In this document: positions 26,268 to 38,729 of the stretch, in pieces
Layout of the letters: every line of letters starts with the position of its first letter
Position numbering within the stretch: the first letter of the stretch is position 1
Assembly: GCF_006345805.1 (NCBI RefSeq)
Contig: NW_021835050.1
Location: forward strand, 1-43,051
DNA: 43,051 nt
Direction of reading: 5' to 3'
Source of the DNA: Octopus sinensis
Taxonomy: Eukaryota
Notes under the pieces: model-generated
What the model saw: the letters and a program-made list of their open reading frames with translations, nothing else
Databases searched by the model: none
What the model was told of the DNA's origin: nothing
Made by a program: the position numbers and the translations under genes

Positions 26268-26330
<63 letters not shown>

Positions 26331-26334
<4 letters not shown>

Positions 26335-26968
26335 GTGGGCCTGACAGAGGGTAATTTAATTTCAAGGCCAGGTTCAATAACCACACTTTGAGCTTTAGGC
26401 ACTGGAACAAAAGAAAAGCGACACAATTATCCAATCATATTTGGTCTTTAAGAGATAAAGGTGTCGATTATAACATACAATGGAAGATTTTGGCCAGATG
26501 TAAGCCCTATACTAACGGCAGCGGAAGGTGCGGTTTATGCGACATGGAGAGATGGCTTATCTGGAAAAGCAGCTTAGACCCTACCACATGTCTAAATACA
26601 AGGACAGAGCTTTTCGGATCATGCCCACATGTGACTAAATTTCTGTTACGTTTTTGGTCCCCTAAAGAAAACGGATAGAACATGCTTTCTGTGTTATGTC
26701 CCAAGAAGATTTTATATATTTTTATATATTTTTATATATTTTTATGTATTTTTATATAATTTTTATGACGAAAAATGCGAGCGATGTATAAGTACGCAGG
26801 CAAAGCAGAGTTATAACAGAGTAATTTCCCTTCATTTTTAACGGTATTTTTTCATAACGTTTTCAAATAGCCAGATAACCGAAGAGATGGTGTTGTGGAT
26901 TTCCACTTCGGCATCTGAAACTCAGAGTTTTATCTTGACTACCGAGTAATGTAACATATGTATAGATA
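26331..26968 (+). repeat. 5' pseudo-LTR of PLE-1
   Basis: Differs from 28920-29552 only by a 5-bp duplication and two 1-bp indels seen by eye. Confidence 0.95.
26873..26935 (+). ncRNA. Variant type I hammerhead-like motif, family A
   Basis: AGATAA-CCGAAGA-GATG..GTGG attt CCAC..CATC-T-GAAA-CTC a GAG-TT-TTATCT. Stems I, II and III all pair, but the core has U4C and an extra U. Confidence 0.6.
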
Positions 26969-27139
26969 ATTTTCCTCTATTTACATAATATTGAGGTCTC
27001 TTTCTTTCTTTTGTTATCTTACCGTTTTATCAATAAATCACCTCCCGGACGACGTTATTCTCAACTAAGAGCTAATACGACCTTTTTGGGATTATCGCCT
27101 AACATCGGTTGAGGACTCTCACAAACAAAAGAATCTAAT

Positions 27140-29261
27140 ATGGACGCATATCACATAGATTATTCTATGAAAAATATACCGATCCCATCAAAGGATTTTT
27201 ACTCTAAGAAACTTCTGCAAAAAATTACTGATGTAATTAAGCGTATGAGATGGAAGGCTTTCTTTTTTGATACAGAAGCGAACACCAAGGAAAACATTTG
27301 CTATCGGATAAAATCCAAAAAATTCCCTCCTAGGATTAAAGGCTTGGAAGATTTCGAAGCGGACCTGCTGAAGATCATGAGCAAAATAAAGTTTCGTAAG
27401 TCTTTTAACAATTTCCAACATAAATTGAAAAAAGATATTGATCATATAAAAAGCTCCAAGAAAAAAGCACTTTTTTCGGATAAAACCAAGAACTTATACC
27501 TGGTAGATAACAGCAAATACACACAACTCTTACACAACAGCATCATTAATAATTATACTAAGGCTAGGGCACAGACATATAACGAAATTAATAAAGAAGC
27601 TAGCGTCATCGCCGCTAAACTTAAATTAGATAAAAAATAGAAACCCTCCCCCAAAAAGAGGCCTTTATTACTATTAAAGACCACAAAGAAAACTTCCTTT
27701 CCAACCCTAAATGTAGGCTTATCAACCCAGCCAAGTCAGAACTAGGGATTATTAGCAAAGAAATTTTAGATAAAATAAATACGAAAATTAAGACCGATAC
27801 TAGGCTAGTGCAATGGTCCAATAGTATAGAAGTCGTAGACTGGTTTAAAGCTATTAAGAATAAGAAAAAGGCGAGGTTTACACAATTCGATATTGTTGAT
27901 TTTTATGCCTCTATCTCTAAAGAACTGCTAGATAAAGCCCTAATCTTCGCTAGTGACTTCATAGAAATTAGTACCAATGATAAGGATATAATCTTCCATG
28001 CTAGAAAGACATTACTTTTCAGTGAGAATGCAAAGTGGGTAAAAAACACCGACACGGAGGGCGCTTTCGATGTGAGCATGGGTTCATATGATGGGGCAGG
28101 CATCTGTGATCTAATTGGACTCTTTCTCCTAGATACCTTCGGTAAGACATTCCCTAACGTACATTTCGCCATCTACAAAGATGATGCCTCGCCTTAACAG
28201 CTAATACAAATGGACCAGCACAAGATCGTTTTAGGAAGGATATTATCCAGTTAATGAACACTTCGGACTTAGTATAACTATAGACACTAACCTGACGGTT
28301 GTCAATTTCTTAGACGTTTCCTTAGATCTTAATAATAATATTTATAAGCCTTATAGGAAGCCCAATGATAGACTAAGTTATATTAATGTAGGTTCATGCC
28401 ATCCCCCTATAGTATTCAAAAATTAGTTAAAAATATTAGTAAGAGGATTTCTAGCCTCTCATCTAATGAGGACATCTTCAATAGCGTTGCCCCAGTTTAT
28501 AATAAAGCTTTAAAAGATAGTGGTTTTAGCGAAAAAATAAAATATACACCTATCACCAGCCCAACAATAAGGAAAAGGAATAATAGAAATAGGAAGGTCA
28601 TCTGGTTTACGCCCCCTTACTCACCCGAGGTGGCCTTCAATATAGGTAAATATTTCCTAGCACTGATAGATAGACATTTTCCAGTTAACCATGCTTATAG
28701 GAAACTCTTTAATAGACACAATTTAAAAATTAGTTTTAGTTCAACTACCAATTTTAAAAACATAATCAATCATAACATACAAAAAACACAAGAAGAAAAC
28801 AGCTGTTCATGCAGGAATAAAGAATTGTGCCCGCTAAATGGAGCTTGCATGTCCAAGACCATCATATATGAAGCTACCGTAAACTCTATAACCACTAAAG
28901 ACACCGTTTCGACGAAGAAATACGTGGGCCTGACAGAGGGTAATTTCAAGGCCAGGTTCAATAACCACACTTTGAGCTTTAGGCACTGGAACAAAAGAAA
29001 AGCGACACAATTATCCAATCATATTTGGTCTTTAAGAGATAAGGTGTCGATTATAACATACAATGGAAGATTTTGGCCAGATGTAAGCCCTATACTAACG
29101 GCAGCGGAAGGTGCGGTTTATGCGACATGGAGAGATGGCTTATCTGGAAAAGCAGCTTAGACCCTACCACATGTCTAAATACAAGGACAGAGCTTTTCGG
29201 ATCATGCCCACATGTGACTAAATTTCTGTTACGTTTTTGGTCCCCTAAAGAAAACGGATAG
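27140..29261 (+). CDS. PLE polyprotein, RT plus C-terminal GIY-YIG endonuclease, about 700 aa after repairing five 1-bp deletions
   Basis: RT motifs FDIVDFYASI, MGSYDG and YKDD; NFLDVSLDL; WFTPPYS; CSC-x5-C-x5-C; IIYEA...YVGLT; CGLCDME; LNTRTE...CPH. Confidence 0.92.
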
Positions 29262-29552
29262 AACATGCTTTCTGTGTTATGTCCCAAGAAGATTTTATAT
29301 ATTTTTATATATTTTTATATATTTTTATGTATTTTTATATAATTTTTATGACGAAAAATGCGAGCGATGTATAAGTACGCAGGCAAAGCAGAGTTATAAC
29401 AGAGTAATTTCCCTTCATTTTTAACGGTATTTTTTCATAACGTTTTCAAATAGCCAGATAACCGAAGAGATGGTGTTGTGGATTTCCACTTCGGCATCTG
29501 AAACTCAGAGTTTTATCTTGACTACCGAGTAATGTAACATATTGTATAGATA
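28920..29552 (+). repeat. 3' pseudo-LTR of PLE-1
   Basis: Direct repeat of 26331-26968. Confidence 0.95.
29456..29518 (+). ncRNA. Variant hammerhead-like motif, family A, second copy
   Basis: Identical to 26873-26935. Confidence 0.6.
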
Positions 29553-30059
29553 TATATATATATATAATATATATACATATATATACACACACATACATAT
29601 ATATATGTATATATATATACATATATATATATATGTAATATATATATATATAATGTAATAGGCTGAACTCCATGCACGCGATATTTCGGTATCGTGTTTG
29701 CATCTAGTCCAGCAAATTACATTTATAACGGACCATGCTGATGATGGCTGCAGTTTTCTTGCGGAAAATAACAGCTGAAACTAATTTAGTACATGGGTAA
29801 TTATTTTATTTCGTATATTTTTCACTTGTTTATTGCTATGGTTTTGTGTTGAGTTTGATCTGAGAACATAATCTTTTGTGGTGAATGGCGATTTGACGTC
29901 TATATCTAGCATGTTGACTGTCCACTTTTCGTGTTCAGTCCTTAATTGGTATATATAAATATTTTAATCTTCGGATTCTTTTTTAATATGCTAGACCACT
30001 GGTCTTAATTGATAAATATCAATTTCTACCCTTAATTAATATTATATATATATATATAT

Positions 30060-30130
<71 letters not shown>

Positions 30131-30436
30131 CATATATATATATATACATATATATACATATGTATAATGTATATATATATATATGTGTGTGTGTATAAAT
30201 ATATGCATATACATATATAGACATGTATGTGTGTATGTGTGTATATGTGAATATGTGTATGTGTGCGTGTACAGTTTTATATATGCGTTCACGTATAAAC
30301 TCATTATGTATGCATTTATTACGTAGTACAAATATTAAATGTCTCTCAAAATGCTCAGCTCATGCACATGCATTAATATACGCATACATGCGTGCATACA
30401 TACATACATACATACATACATACATACATACATACA

Positions 30437-30467
<31 letters not shown>

Positions 30468-30589
30468 GTGCGTATAATTATATACACGCACATACACACC
30501 CACGTATCAATATTTCTAATATGAACTTATAAGATTTCCGGTAATGGTGTTAAAATAGGGTTTTAAGAAATTAGGCAAGGGACATGAGG

Positions 30590-30671
30590 GTGGTGGTGGT
30601 GGTTTAGGTGAAGGTTTGAAAGAGAGAGGGAGATTTGAAAAGAGAGACACAGAGTGATTTATAAACGGAGA

Positions 30672-30709
<38 letters not shown>

Positions 30710-31250
30710 GGCAGACAGGCAGACAGAAATGATAGATAGGTAGGAAGTGCGCTGGGATTCATGAAGAGGGTACGAAATCGGGAATTAGATGGAGGCGCTT
30801 TAATATTAATAACCCGAGAAGACATAAAAGAGGGGGAGGAGGGGGAGGAGAAGAAGAAGAAGAAGGCGATGACGACGATGATAATGATGATGACGATGAT
30901 GATGATGATGATGACGATGATGACGATGACGATGATGATGATGATGACGACGACGATGATGATGATGATGACGATGATGAAGATGAAGATGATGATGGTG
31001 GTGGTGGTGGTGGTGGTGTTGGTGGTGGAAATTTTGATAATAGCGATAATTATATTGAGCATGACGCTGATGATTAAGTTGATGATGATGATGATGATAA
31101 CACAACTAGAACAGGAAAGAGAACGCAGGTGGCGCTGGTGGCGCTGCTGGTTTTGCTGGTGGTGGTGGTGGTGGTGGTGGTGGTGGTGGTGGTGGTGGTG
31201 GCGATGGTTGTGGTTGTGGTTATTGTGGTGGTGGTGGTGGTGGTGAAAAT
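30590..31250. repeat. Microsatellite cluster with (GA)n, (GAT/GAC)n and (GGT)n
   Basis: Directly visible. Confidence 0.9.
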
Positions 31251-31398
31251 GATGAGTAGGAAACGATAGAGGAAACTGTTAATGGTCTTTTATGGTATCA
31301 ATACTGGCTGTAGTGCTGCTGTGACGGCCTCCAGCCCTCACCGCAGGGAAACCTTCGAGGGTCGGAGTGGGGGGGGGACTTTCGACTTATCTATTATT

Positions 31399-31615
31399 CT
31401 TTCACATGTTTCAGTCATTAGACTACGGCCATGCTGGGGCACCGCCTTGAAGAATTGTTAATCGAATGAATCAACTGCAGTACTTTTGTATTTTTTAATA
31501 AAGCCTGGCACTTATTCTATCGGTCACTTTCGCCGTATCGCTAAGTTACGAGGACGTAAACACACCAACACCAGTTGTCAAGCGGTGATGGAGGATAAAG
31601 ACAAAACACAAAGAC
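31399..31615 (-). mobile_element. SINE family 1, 3' half
   Basis: Reverse complement of the tail (tttcagtcattagactacggccatgctggggcaccgcc). Confidence 0.85.
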
Positions 31616-31670
31616 CCACACACTCACAGACACATACATACATATATATATATATATATACATATATATA

Positions 31671-31748
<78 letters not shown>

Positions 31749-31767
31749 TATATATATTATATATATC

Positions 31768-32066
31768 GTGGAGGCGCAATGGCCCAGTGTTTAGGGCTGC
31801 GGACTTGCGGTCGTAGGATCGCGGTTTCGATTCCCAGACCGGGCGTTGTGAGTGTTTATTGAGCGTAAACACCTAAAAGCTCCACGAGACTCCGGCAGGG
31901 GTGGTGATCCCTGCTATACTCATTCGCCACAACTTTCACTCACTCTTTCTTCTGTTGGCCTGCTCGCTTAGCCAGCGGGGTGGCCTCATTCAAAGGTTAA
32001 AACAATGCGAACGGATTGTGACTAGCGATGTGTAACAACATCTGATGGTCTGGTCGGTCACGTGAT
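31768..32066 (+). mobile_element. SINE family 2, full length
   Basis: Reverse-complement match to 3878-4178. Confidence 0.92.
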
Positions 32067-32084
32067 ATCATATAAATATATATA

Positions 32085-32295
32085 TGTATAACGGGAAGCT
32101 TTATGAAAATAGACAAAAGACGAAGGCAGGTGGAAAACAAACAATTGTATTAGTATGGCGCTCAGGAAATATAAATAAAACAAGTCTTTAACGTTTCGAG
32201 CCTACGCTCTTCAACAGAAAGATACACAGAGAGAAAAAAAACACAGAAAGAAGGAGAGAAAAAAAATGCGTGCAGTAACTAACGAATCAACATGG
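32085..32295 (-). mobile_element. Family-E short repeat with HHR motif at 32185-32222
   Basis: The reverse complement reads TCTTT-CTGTTGA-A-GAGC gtag GCTC-GAAACGT-T-AAAGA. Stem I is 5 bp perfect; the A6U core change is probably inactivating. Confidence 0.7.
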
Positions 32296-32575
32296 CGAAT
32301 GTATGTATGTATGTATAAAATCAAAATATGCAACAAGGATATCCAGAGGTAATGCAGTACGAACGTTTCATGCAACTCCATTTAATTAGACAATACAATC
32401 ATTTCATTACATCAATTTAAAATGTAGAGCAATCTTCAGCTGCACAAAGACATAGAATTTAATTAAATTAGAACAGAAGGACACATTAGTATAATTTTAC
32501 CTAAGATCTCCACGAAGTTAGGTTGATAGACAAAGAACATGTTTTACCTACAACATCATAGTTGTATATATACAT

Positions 32576-32715
32576 ACAACGGGTTTCTTTCAGTTTCCGT
32601 CAACCAAATTCACTCACAAGGCTTTTGTCAGCGTGAGGCTTTTGTAGAAGACACTTGCCCAAGGTGCCACACAGTGGGACTGAACCTGGAACCTTGTGCT
32701 TGGGAAGCAAACTTA
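32576..32715 (-). mobile_element. SINE family 1 head
   Basis: tttcagtttccgtc...gtagaagacacttgcccaaggtgcc...gtgggactgaacc. Confidence 0.85.
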
Positions 32716-32754
32716 ACGCAGAGCTACGTCTTCGTCTTGCTAGAATTACTAGTC

Positions 32755-32927
32755 AGATCTCTCCAAAATCACATTTATACTGGTCTTAAAATTGGGAGGA
32801 CACGACGAATACGTTAGTGCTAGGCATATGTAAAAGCAGATGGGATGGTCACGACTGGCGTGTCATTAATCATACATCTGATCGTTCATATCGGATCCGG
32901 TGGGGGATTGCTAAACAACAACATCAT
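32755..32927 (+). mobile_element. Diverged short interspersed repeat ending in (AAC)n
   Basis: gatgggatggtcacgactgg...gctaaacaacaac resembles a common octopus repeat as recalled. Not verified. Confidence 0.45.
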
Positions 32928-32993
32928 TGATTTGTTGTAGCAGCGCTTCTCGTCATTAGGGAAATTTTACCATCAACATCATCATCAACATCA

Positions 32994-33362
32994 GGAGGCG
33001 CAATGGCCAAGTGGTTTGGGCAGCAGACTCGCGGTCGGAGGATCGCGGTTTCGATTCCCAGACTGGGCGTTGTATGTGTTTATTGATCGAAAACACCTAA
33101 AGCTCCACGAGGCTCCGGCAGGGGGTGGTGACGACCCCTGTTGTACTCTTTCGCTCCAACTTTCTCTCATTCTTTCTTCCTGTTTCTTGTCCCCGACTCC
33201 TTACGCAACCGCTGAGCCTGGATGCGCTTTCATCCGTCCGTCGATGCTCTCGGTGTCGGAGGTTGACCTGCTTTCTCTTCTGCGGGTCTTATGAATAGCA
33301 AAGGACCACGTTTCGGACTTCTCCCACCTTGCGAGCTCTGCGACGAAGACCGTTCGCTCAAC
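32994..33362 (+). mobile_element. SINE family 2 variant
   Basis: Same tRNA-like head as 31768 with a different 3' half, followed by an (AAC/ATC)n tail. Confidence 0.85.
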
Positions 33363-33637
33363 AGCAATAGCAACAGCATCAACATCAACATCATCAGCAT
33401 CAACATCATCATCGTCAGCATCACCATCATCATCGTCATCGTCGTTGTCATCTTTATGTTCCCCTCCTCTTCCTCCTCATCATCGTCATTATCATCATTA
33501 TCGTCGATATCGTCTTCGTCGTCGTTCGTAATAGGGTCGGATAACTAGCACATTGAGGCTAGTCTATACATATACACCAATAAATATATATATACACACA
33601 TACATATCACCTACATACAAATACATACATATATATA

Positions 33638-33706
<69 letters not shown>

Positions 33707-33834
33707 TATTGTATAGAGGGCATTATTACACATAAATGCCTCACACTAGGAGGGACAAAGTCATTACTACCAAAAATTATACTAATCATACCCAAATGCA
33801 GTTTTTCAAAGCAAGACATTTAAAAATGAATTAT

Positions 33835-33890
33835 GTTCTGTATCACCGTGATTTCACATACAACTTGCGTCTAATGATCGTCAGCAGAAC
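33835..33890 (-). ncRNA. Type I hammerhead ribozyme, family B
   Basis: Reverse complement of the motif at 35669-35724. Confidence 0.8.
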
Positions 33891-34313
33891 TGATTCTGAT
33901 ACATCATAAATAAACTACCAACCTTACGTAGCGGAGACGAACAGACAACTGCTCACTCCGGCCAAGCACATGGAATGTTTATAAATCATATATCCGGTAA
34001 ATGGCGGGCTTTTTACGAACTGCATGTCGGGTAATGAAAAGTATTTCGGAATAAGTTTAACAATTAAGGATAATCTCTTAATAAGGGATCTTAACAAGAA
34101 ATTATCGGGTAGCTAGCGTGAAAACCTCATAAAAGAAAAGAATCCGAAAATAATTTTTTTCTTTTGAACAAATTAATTATATCTATATTGTATAGAGGGC
34201 ATTATTACACATAAATGCCTCACACTAGGAGGGACAAAGTCATTACTACCAAAAATTATACTAATCATACCCAAATGCAGTTTTTCAAAGCAAGACATTT
34301 AAAAATGAATTAT

Positions 34314-34369
34314 GTTCTGTATCACCGTGATTTCACATACAACTTGCGTCTAATGATCGTCAGCAGAAC
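34314..34369 (-). ncRNA. Type I hammerhead ribozyme, family B
   Basis: Same motif. Confidence 0.8.
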
Positions 34370-34794
34370 TGATTCTGAATACATCATAAATAAACTACCA
34401 ACCTTACGTAGCGGAGACGAACAGACAACTGCTCACTCCGGCCAAGCACATGGAATGTTTATAAATCATATATCCGGTAAATGGCGGGCTTTTTACGAAC
34501 TGCATGTCGGGTAATGAAAAGTATTTCGGAATAAGTTTAACAATTAAGGATAATCTCTTAATAAGGGATCTTAACAAGAAATTATCGGGTAGCTAGCGTG
34601 AAAACCTCATAAAAGAAAAGAATCCGAAAATAATTTTTTTCTTTTGAACAAATTAATTATATCTATATTGTATAGAGGGCATTATTACACATAAATGCCT
34701 CACACTAGGAGGGACAAAGTCATTACTAACCAAAAATTATACTAATCATACCCAAATGCAGTTTTTCAAAGCAAGACATTTAAAAATGAATTAT

Positions 34795-34850
34795 GTTCTG
34801 TATCACCGTGATTTCACATACAACTTGCGTCTAATGATCGTCAGCAGAAC
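34795..34850 (-). ncRNA. Type I hammerhead ribozyme, family B
   Basis: Same motif. Confidence 0.8.
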
Positions 34851-35668
34851 TGATTCTGAATACATCATAAATAAACTACCAACCTTACGTAGCGGAGACG
34901 AACAGACAACTGCTCACTCCGGCCAAGCACATGGAATGTTTATAAATCATATATCCGGTAAATGGCGGGCTTTTTACGAACTGCATGTCGGGTAATGAAA
35001 AGTATTTCGGAATAAGTTTAACAATTAAGGATAATCTCTTAATAAGGGATCTTAACAAGAATTATCGGGTAGCTAGCGTGAAAACCTCATAAAAGAAAAG
35101 AATCCGAAAATAATTTTTTTCTTTTGAACAAATTAATTATATCTATATTGTATAGAGGGCATTATTACACATAAATGCCTCACACTAGGAGGGACAAAGT
35201 CATTACTACCAAAAATTATACTAATCATACCCAAATGCAGTTTTTCAAATGTTTTTAAATGTCTTGCTTTGAAAAACTGCATTTGGGTATGATTAGTATA
35301 ATTTTTGGTAGTAATGACTTTGTCCCTCCTAGTGTGAGGCATTTATGTGTAATAATGCCCTCTATACAATATAGATATAATTAATTTGTTCAAAAGAAAA
35401 AAAATTATTTTCGGATTCTTTTCTTTTATGAGGTTTTCACGCTAGCTACCCGATAATTTCTTGTTAAGATCCCTTATTAAGAGATTATCCTTAATTGTTA
35501 AACTTATTCCGAAATACTTTTCATTACCCGACATGCAGTTCGTAAAAAGCCCGCCATTTACCGGATATATGATTTATAAACATTCCATGTGCTTGGCCGG
35601 AGTGAGCAGTTGTCTGTTCGTCTCCGCTACGTAAGGTTGGTAGTTTATTTATGATGTATTCAGAATCA

Positions 35669-35724
35669 GTTCTGCTGACGATCATTAGACGCAAGTTGTA
35701 TGTGAAATCACGGTGATACAGAAC
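35669..35724 (+). ncRNA. Type I hammerhead ribozyme, family B
   Basis: GTTCTG-CTGACGA-T CAT ta GAC gcaa GTT gt ATG T-GAAA-TCAC g GTGA-TA-CAGAAC. Stem I is 6 bp perfect, stem III is near-palindromic, and AUA cleavage is predicted after 35718. Confidence 0.8.
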
Positions 35725-36146
35725 ATAATTCATTTTTAAATGTCTTGCTTTGAAAAACTGCATTTGGGTATGATTAGTATAATTTTTGGTAGTAATGACT
35801 TTGTCCCTCCTAGTGTGAGGCATTTATGTGTAATAATGCCCTCTATACAATATAGATATAATTAATTTGTTCAAAAGAAAAAAATTATTTTCGGATTCTT
35901 TTCTTTTATGAGGTTTTCACGCTAGCTACCCGATAATTTCTTGTTAAGATCCCTTATTAAGAGATTATCCTTAATTGTTAAACTTATTCCGAAATACTTT
36001 TCATTACCCGACATGCAGTTCGTAAAAAGCCCGCCATTTACCGGATATGATTTATAAACATTCCATGTGCTTGGCCGGAGTGAGCAGTTGTCTGTTCGTC
36101 TCCGCTACGTAAGGTTGGTAGTTTATTTATGATGTATTCAGAATCA

Positions 36147-36202
36147 GTTCTGCTGACGATCATTAGACGCAAGTTGTATGTGAAATCACGGTGATACAGA
36201 AC
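36147..36202 (+). ncRNA. Type I hammerhead ribozyme, family B
   Basis: Same motif. Confidence 0.8.
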
Positions 36203-36625
36203 ATAATTCATTTTTAAATGTCTTGCTTTGAAAAACTGCATTTGGGTATGATTAGTATAATTTTTGGTAGTAATGACTTTGTCCCTCCTAGTGTGAGGCA
36301 TTTATGTGTAATAATGCCCTCTATACAATATAGATATAATTAATTTGTTCAAAAGAAAAAAATTATTTTCGGATTCTTTTCTTTTATGAGGTTTTCACGC
36401 TAGCTACCCGATAATTTCTTGTTAAGATCCCTTATTAAGAGATTATCCTTAATTGTTAAACTTATTCCGAAATACTTTTCATTACCCGACATGCAGTTCG
36501 TAAAAAGCCGCCATTTACCGGATATATGATTTATAAACATTCCATGTGCTTGGCCGGAGTGAGCAGTTGTCTGTTCGTCTCCGCTACGTAAGGTTGGTAG
36601 TTTATTTATGATGTATTCAGAATCA

Positions 36626-36681
36626 GTTCTGCTGACGATCATTAGACGCAAGTTGTATGTGAAATCACGGTGATACAGAAC
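36626..36681 (+). ncRNA. Type I hammerhead ribozyme, family B
   Basis: Same motif. Confidence 0.8.
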
Positions 36682-36940
36682 ATAATTCATTTTTAATGTC
36701 TTGCTTTGAAAAACTGCATTTGGGTATGATTAGTATAATTTTTGGTAGTAATGACTTTGTCCCTCCTAGTGTGAGGCATTTATGTGTAATAATGCCCTCT
36801 ATACAATATAGATATAATTAATTTGTTCAAAAGAAAAAAATTATTTTCGGATTCTTTTCTTTTATGAGGTTTTCACGCTAGCTACCCGATAATTTCTTGT
36901 TAAGATCCCTTATTAAGAGATTATCCTTAATTGTTAAACT

Positions 36941-36975
<35 letters not shown>

Positions 36976-37022
36976 TTGTATGTAGGTGTATATGTATGTG
37001 TGTATATATATATTTATTGGTG

Positions 37023-37067
<45 letters not shown>

Positions 37068-38013
37068 TTGTATGTAGGTGTATATGTATGTGTGTATATA
37101 TATATATATTTATTGGTGTATATGTATAGACTAGCCTTCTAAGAGTGTAGACATGAATCTGTAGGTACGCGTACGTATGAGTATATACGTGAATGTATGT
37201 AGATGTATGTATTTATGAATATAACGCGTGCGTGCGTGTATGTGTATGAGTGTACGAATGAGTGAGTGTACGTGCTAATGAGTGTGCGTGCGTGAATGAG
37301 TGCTTGTTTTCAAGTAGACAGATAAATGGACTTGCTGTCATAGCCAAGATCCTTGGACCAGCGGTCAAAGATAACAAAAGTAATAAATGAAGATAATAAA
37401 ATTAAAATTAGGGAATGGGTCTGTATTTGTATGTATATATATGTGTGTATGTGTAGGTATGTATAGGTACACATATGTATATATATATATATATATAATG
37501 CCTTACCACATACCGAATTTAGAAGGGAGATCTCAGTAAAATGATAGATTGCAGTCAATTCATTCTCTCTTACCTGTTTGTGCCTTCCAAATGCTGTTTT
37601 TACTGAGATCTCCCTTTTTAGTAGAAGAAATAGCTATAACCCTTTGACTGCTATTTCTAAATTCGGTATGTGGTAAGGCAACTCGTTGCTAAACCCTTAT
37701 TGCTTAGTATTACTTAAATTTTCCTCGAATGAGGCTTTTACATGCCGAAGACTACTTGGTGTAATTGATAATTTTTCCAAATTAATTAATTTCACCCTTC
37801 ATTATTACGGATAACCATATTTTATCTCAGTAGATGACCACAGCATCTTGTTTTGGCTACACGCGGGTGGGAAGGGGCTGTTGACACAATCGTTTCATTC
37901 ACAAATTGAATTCGGTGATACCAGTTGCGGTTCTAGCTCGCTCTGATACTGAGTGGAGTTGGTGCCTTCTGGTATCTCAAAATTCAATATATAATCATTT
38001 ATGATTATAGTAT

Positions 38014-38127
38014 TCTACGCTGAAGAGAAAAGAAGTTTCGGTAAGATAGAATTATTTATTATTTAATATTTAATATTTAATTCGTATGCTTTCCTTAAAA
38101 CTTGATTTCGAAACGTACGTCCGTGGA
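38014..38127 (+). ncRNA. Type I hammerhead ribozyme with a long stem II, family C
   Basis: TCTACG-CTGAAGA-GAAA..(~75 nt)..TTTC-GAAA-CGTACG-TC-CGTGGA. Canonical core, palindromic stem III, GUC cleavage predicted after 38121. Confidence 0.85.
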
Positions 38128-38615
38128 TAACTAAAAAATGTATGATAGATTGCAGTCAATTCATTCTCTCTTACCTGTTTGTGCCTTCCAAATGCTGTTT
38201 TTACTGAGATCTCCCTTTTTAGTAGAAGAAATAGCTATAACCCTTTGACTGCTATTTCTAAATTCGGTACGTGGTAAGGCAACTCGTTGCTAAACCCTTA
38301 TTGCTTAGTATTACTTAAATTTTCCTCGAATGAGGCTTTTACATGCCGAAGACTACTTGGTGTAATTGATAATTTTTCCAAATTAATTAATTTCACCCTT
38401 CATTATTACGGATAACCATATTTTATCTCAGTAGATGACCACAGCATCTTGTTTTGGCTACACGCGGGTGGGAAGGGGCTGTTGACACAATCGTTTCATT
38501 CACAAATTGAATTCGGTGATACCAGTTGCGGGTTCTAGCTCGCTCTGATACTGAGTGGAGTTGGTGCCTTCTGGTATCTCAAAATTCAATATATAATCAT
38601 TTATGATTATAGTAT

Positions 38616-38729
38616 TCTACGCTGAAGAGAAAAGAAGTTTCGGTAAGATAGAATTATTTATTATTTAATATTTAATATTTAATTCGTATGCTTTCCTTAA
38701 AACTTGATTTCGAAACGTACGTCCGTGGA
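38616..38729 (+). ncRNA. Type I hammerhead ribozyme, family C
   Basis: Same motif. Confidence 0.85.

Larger units (their letters stand above)
26331..29552 (+). mobile_element. Young Penelope-like retroelement 1 with direct pseudo-LTRs, inserted in (TA)n
   Basis: RT-EN ORF flanked by nearly identical ~635-bp direct repeats that include the ORF 3' end. Both ends abut (TA)n. Confidence 0.95.
33708..36942. repeat. Head-to-head palindromic tandem array of ~480-bp HHR-containing units (retrozyme-like)
   Basis: Left-arm units start at 33708, 34187, 34667 and 35147. The inversion junction is at 35250-35267 and the right arm runs to 36942. Copies differ almost only by 1-2 bp indels. Confidence 0.95.

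Noticed and set aside
26946-27069. Possible intron in the PLE-1 5' region (GTAATG donor, pyrimidine tract, AG)
   Set aside because: The first AG lies ~40 nt from the pyrimidine tract. It is unsupported without transcripts.
34215-36690. Repeated 99-aa ORF MPHTRRDK... in the 480-bp units
   Set aside because: It is antisense to the ribozyme, has no recognisable motif, and is broken by indels in several otherwise identical copies.
38020-38055. Compact reading of the family-C ribozyme using the local GAAA-agaag-TTTC hairpin
   Set aside because: No GAAA or stem III follows it. Only the long stem II pairing gives a complete core.
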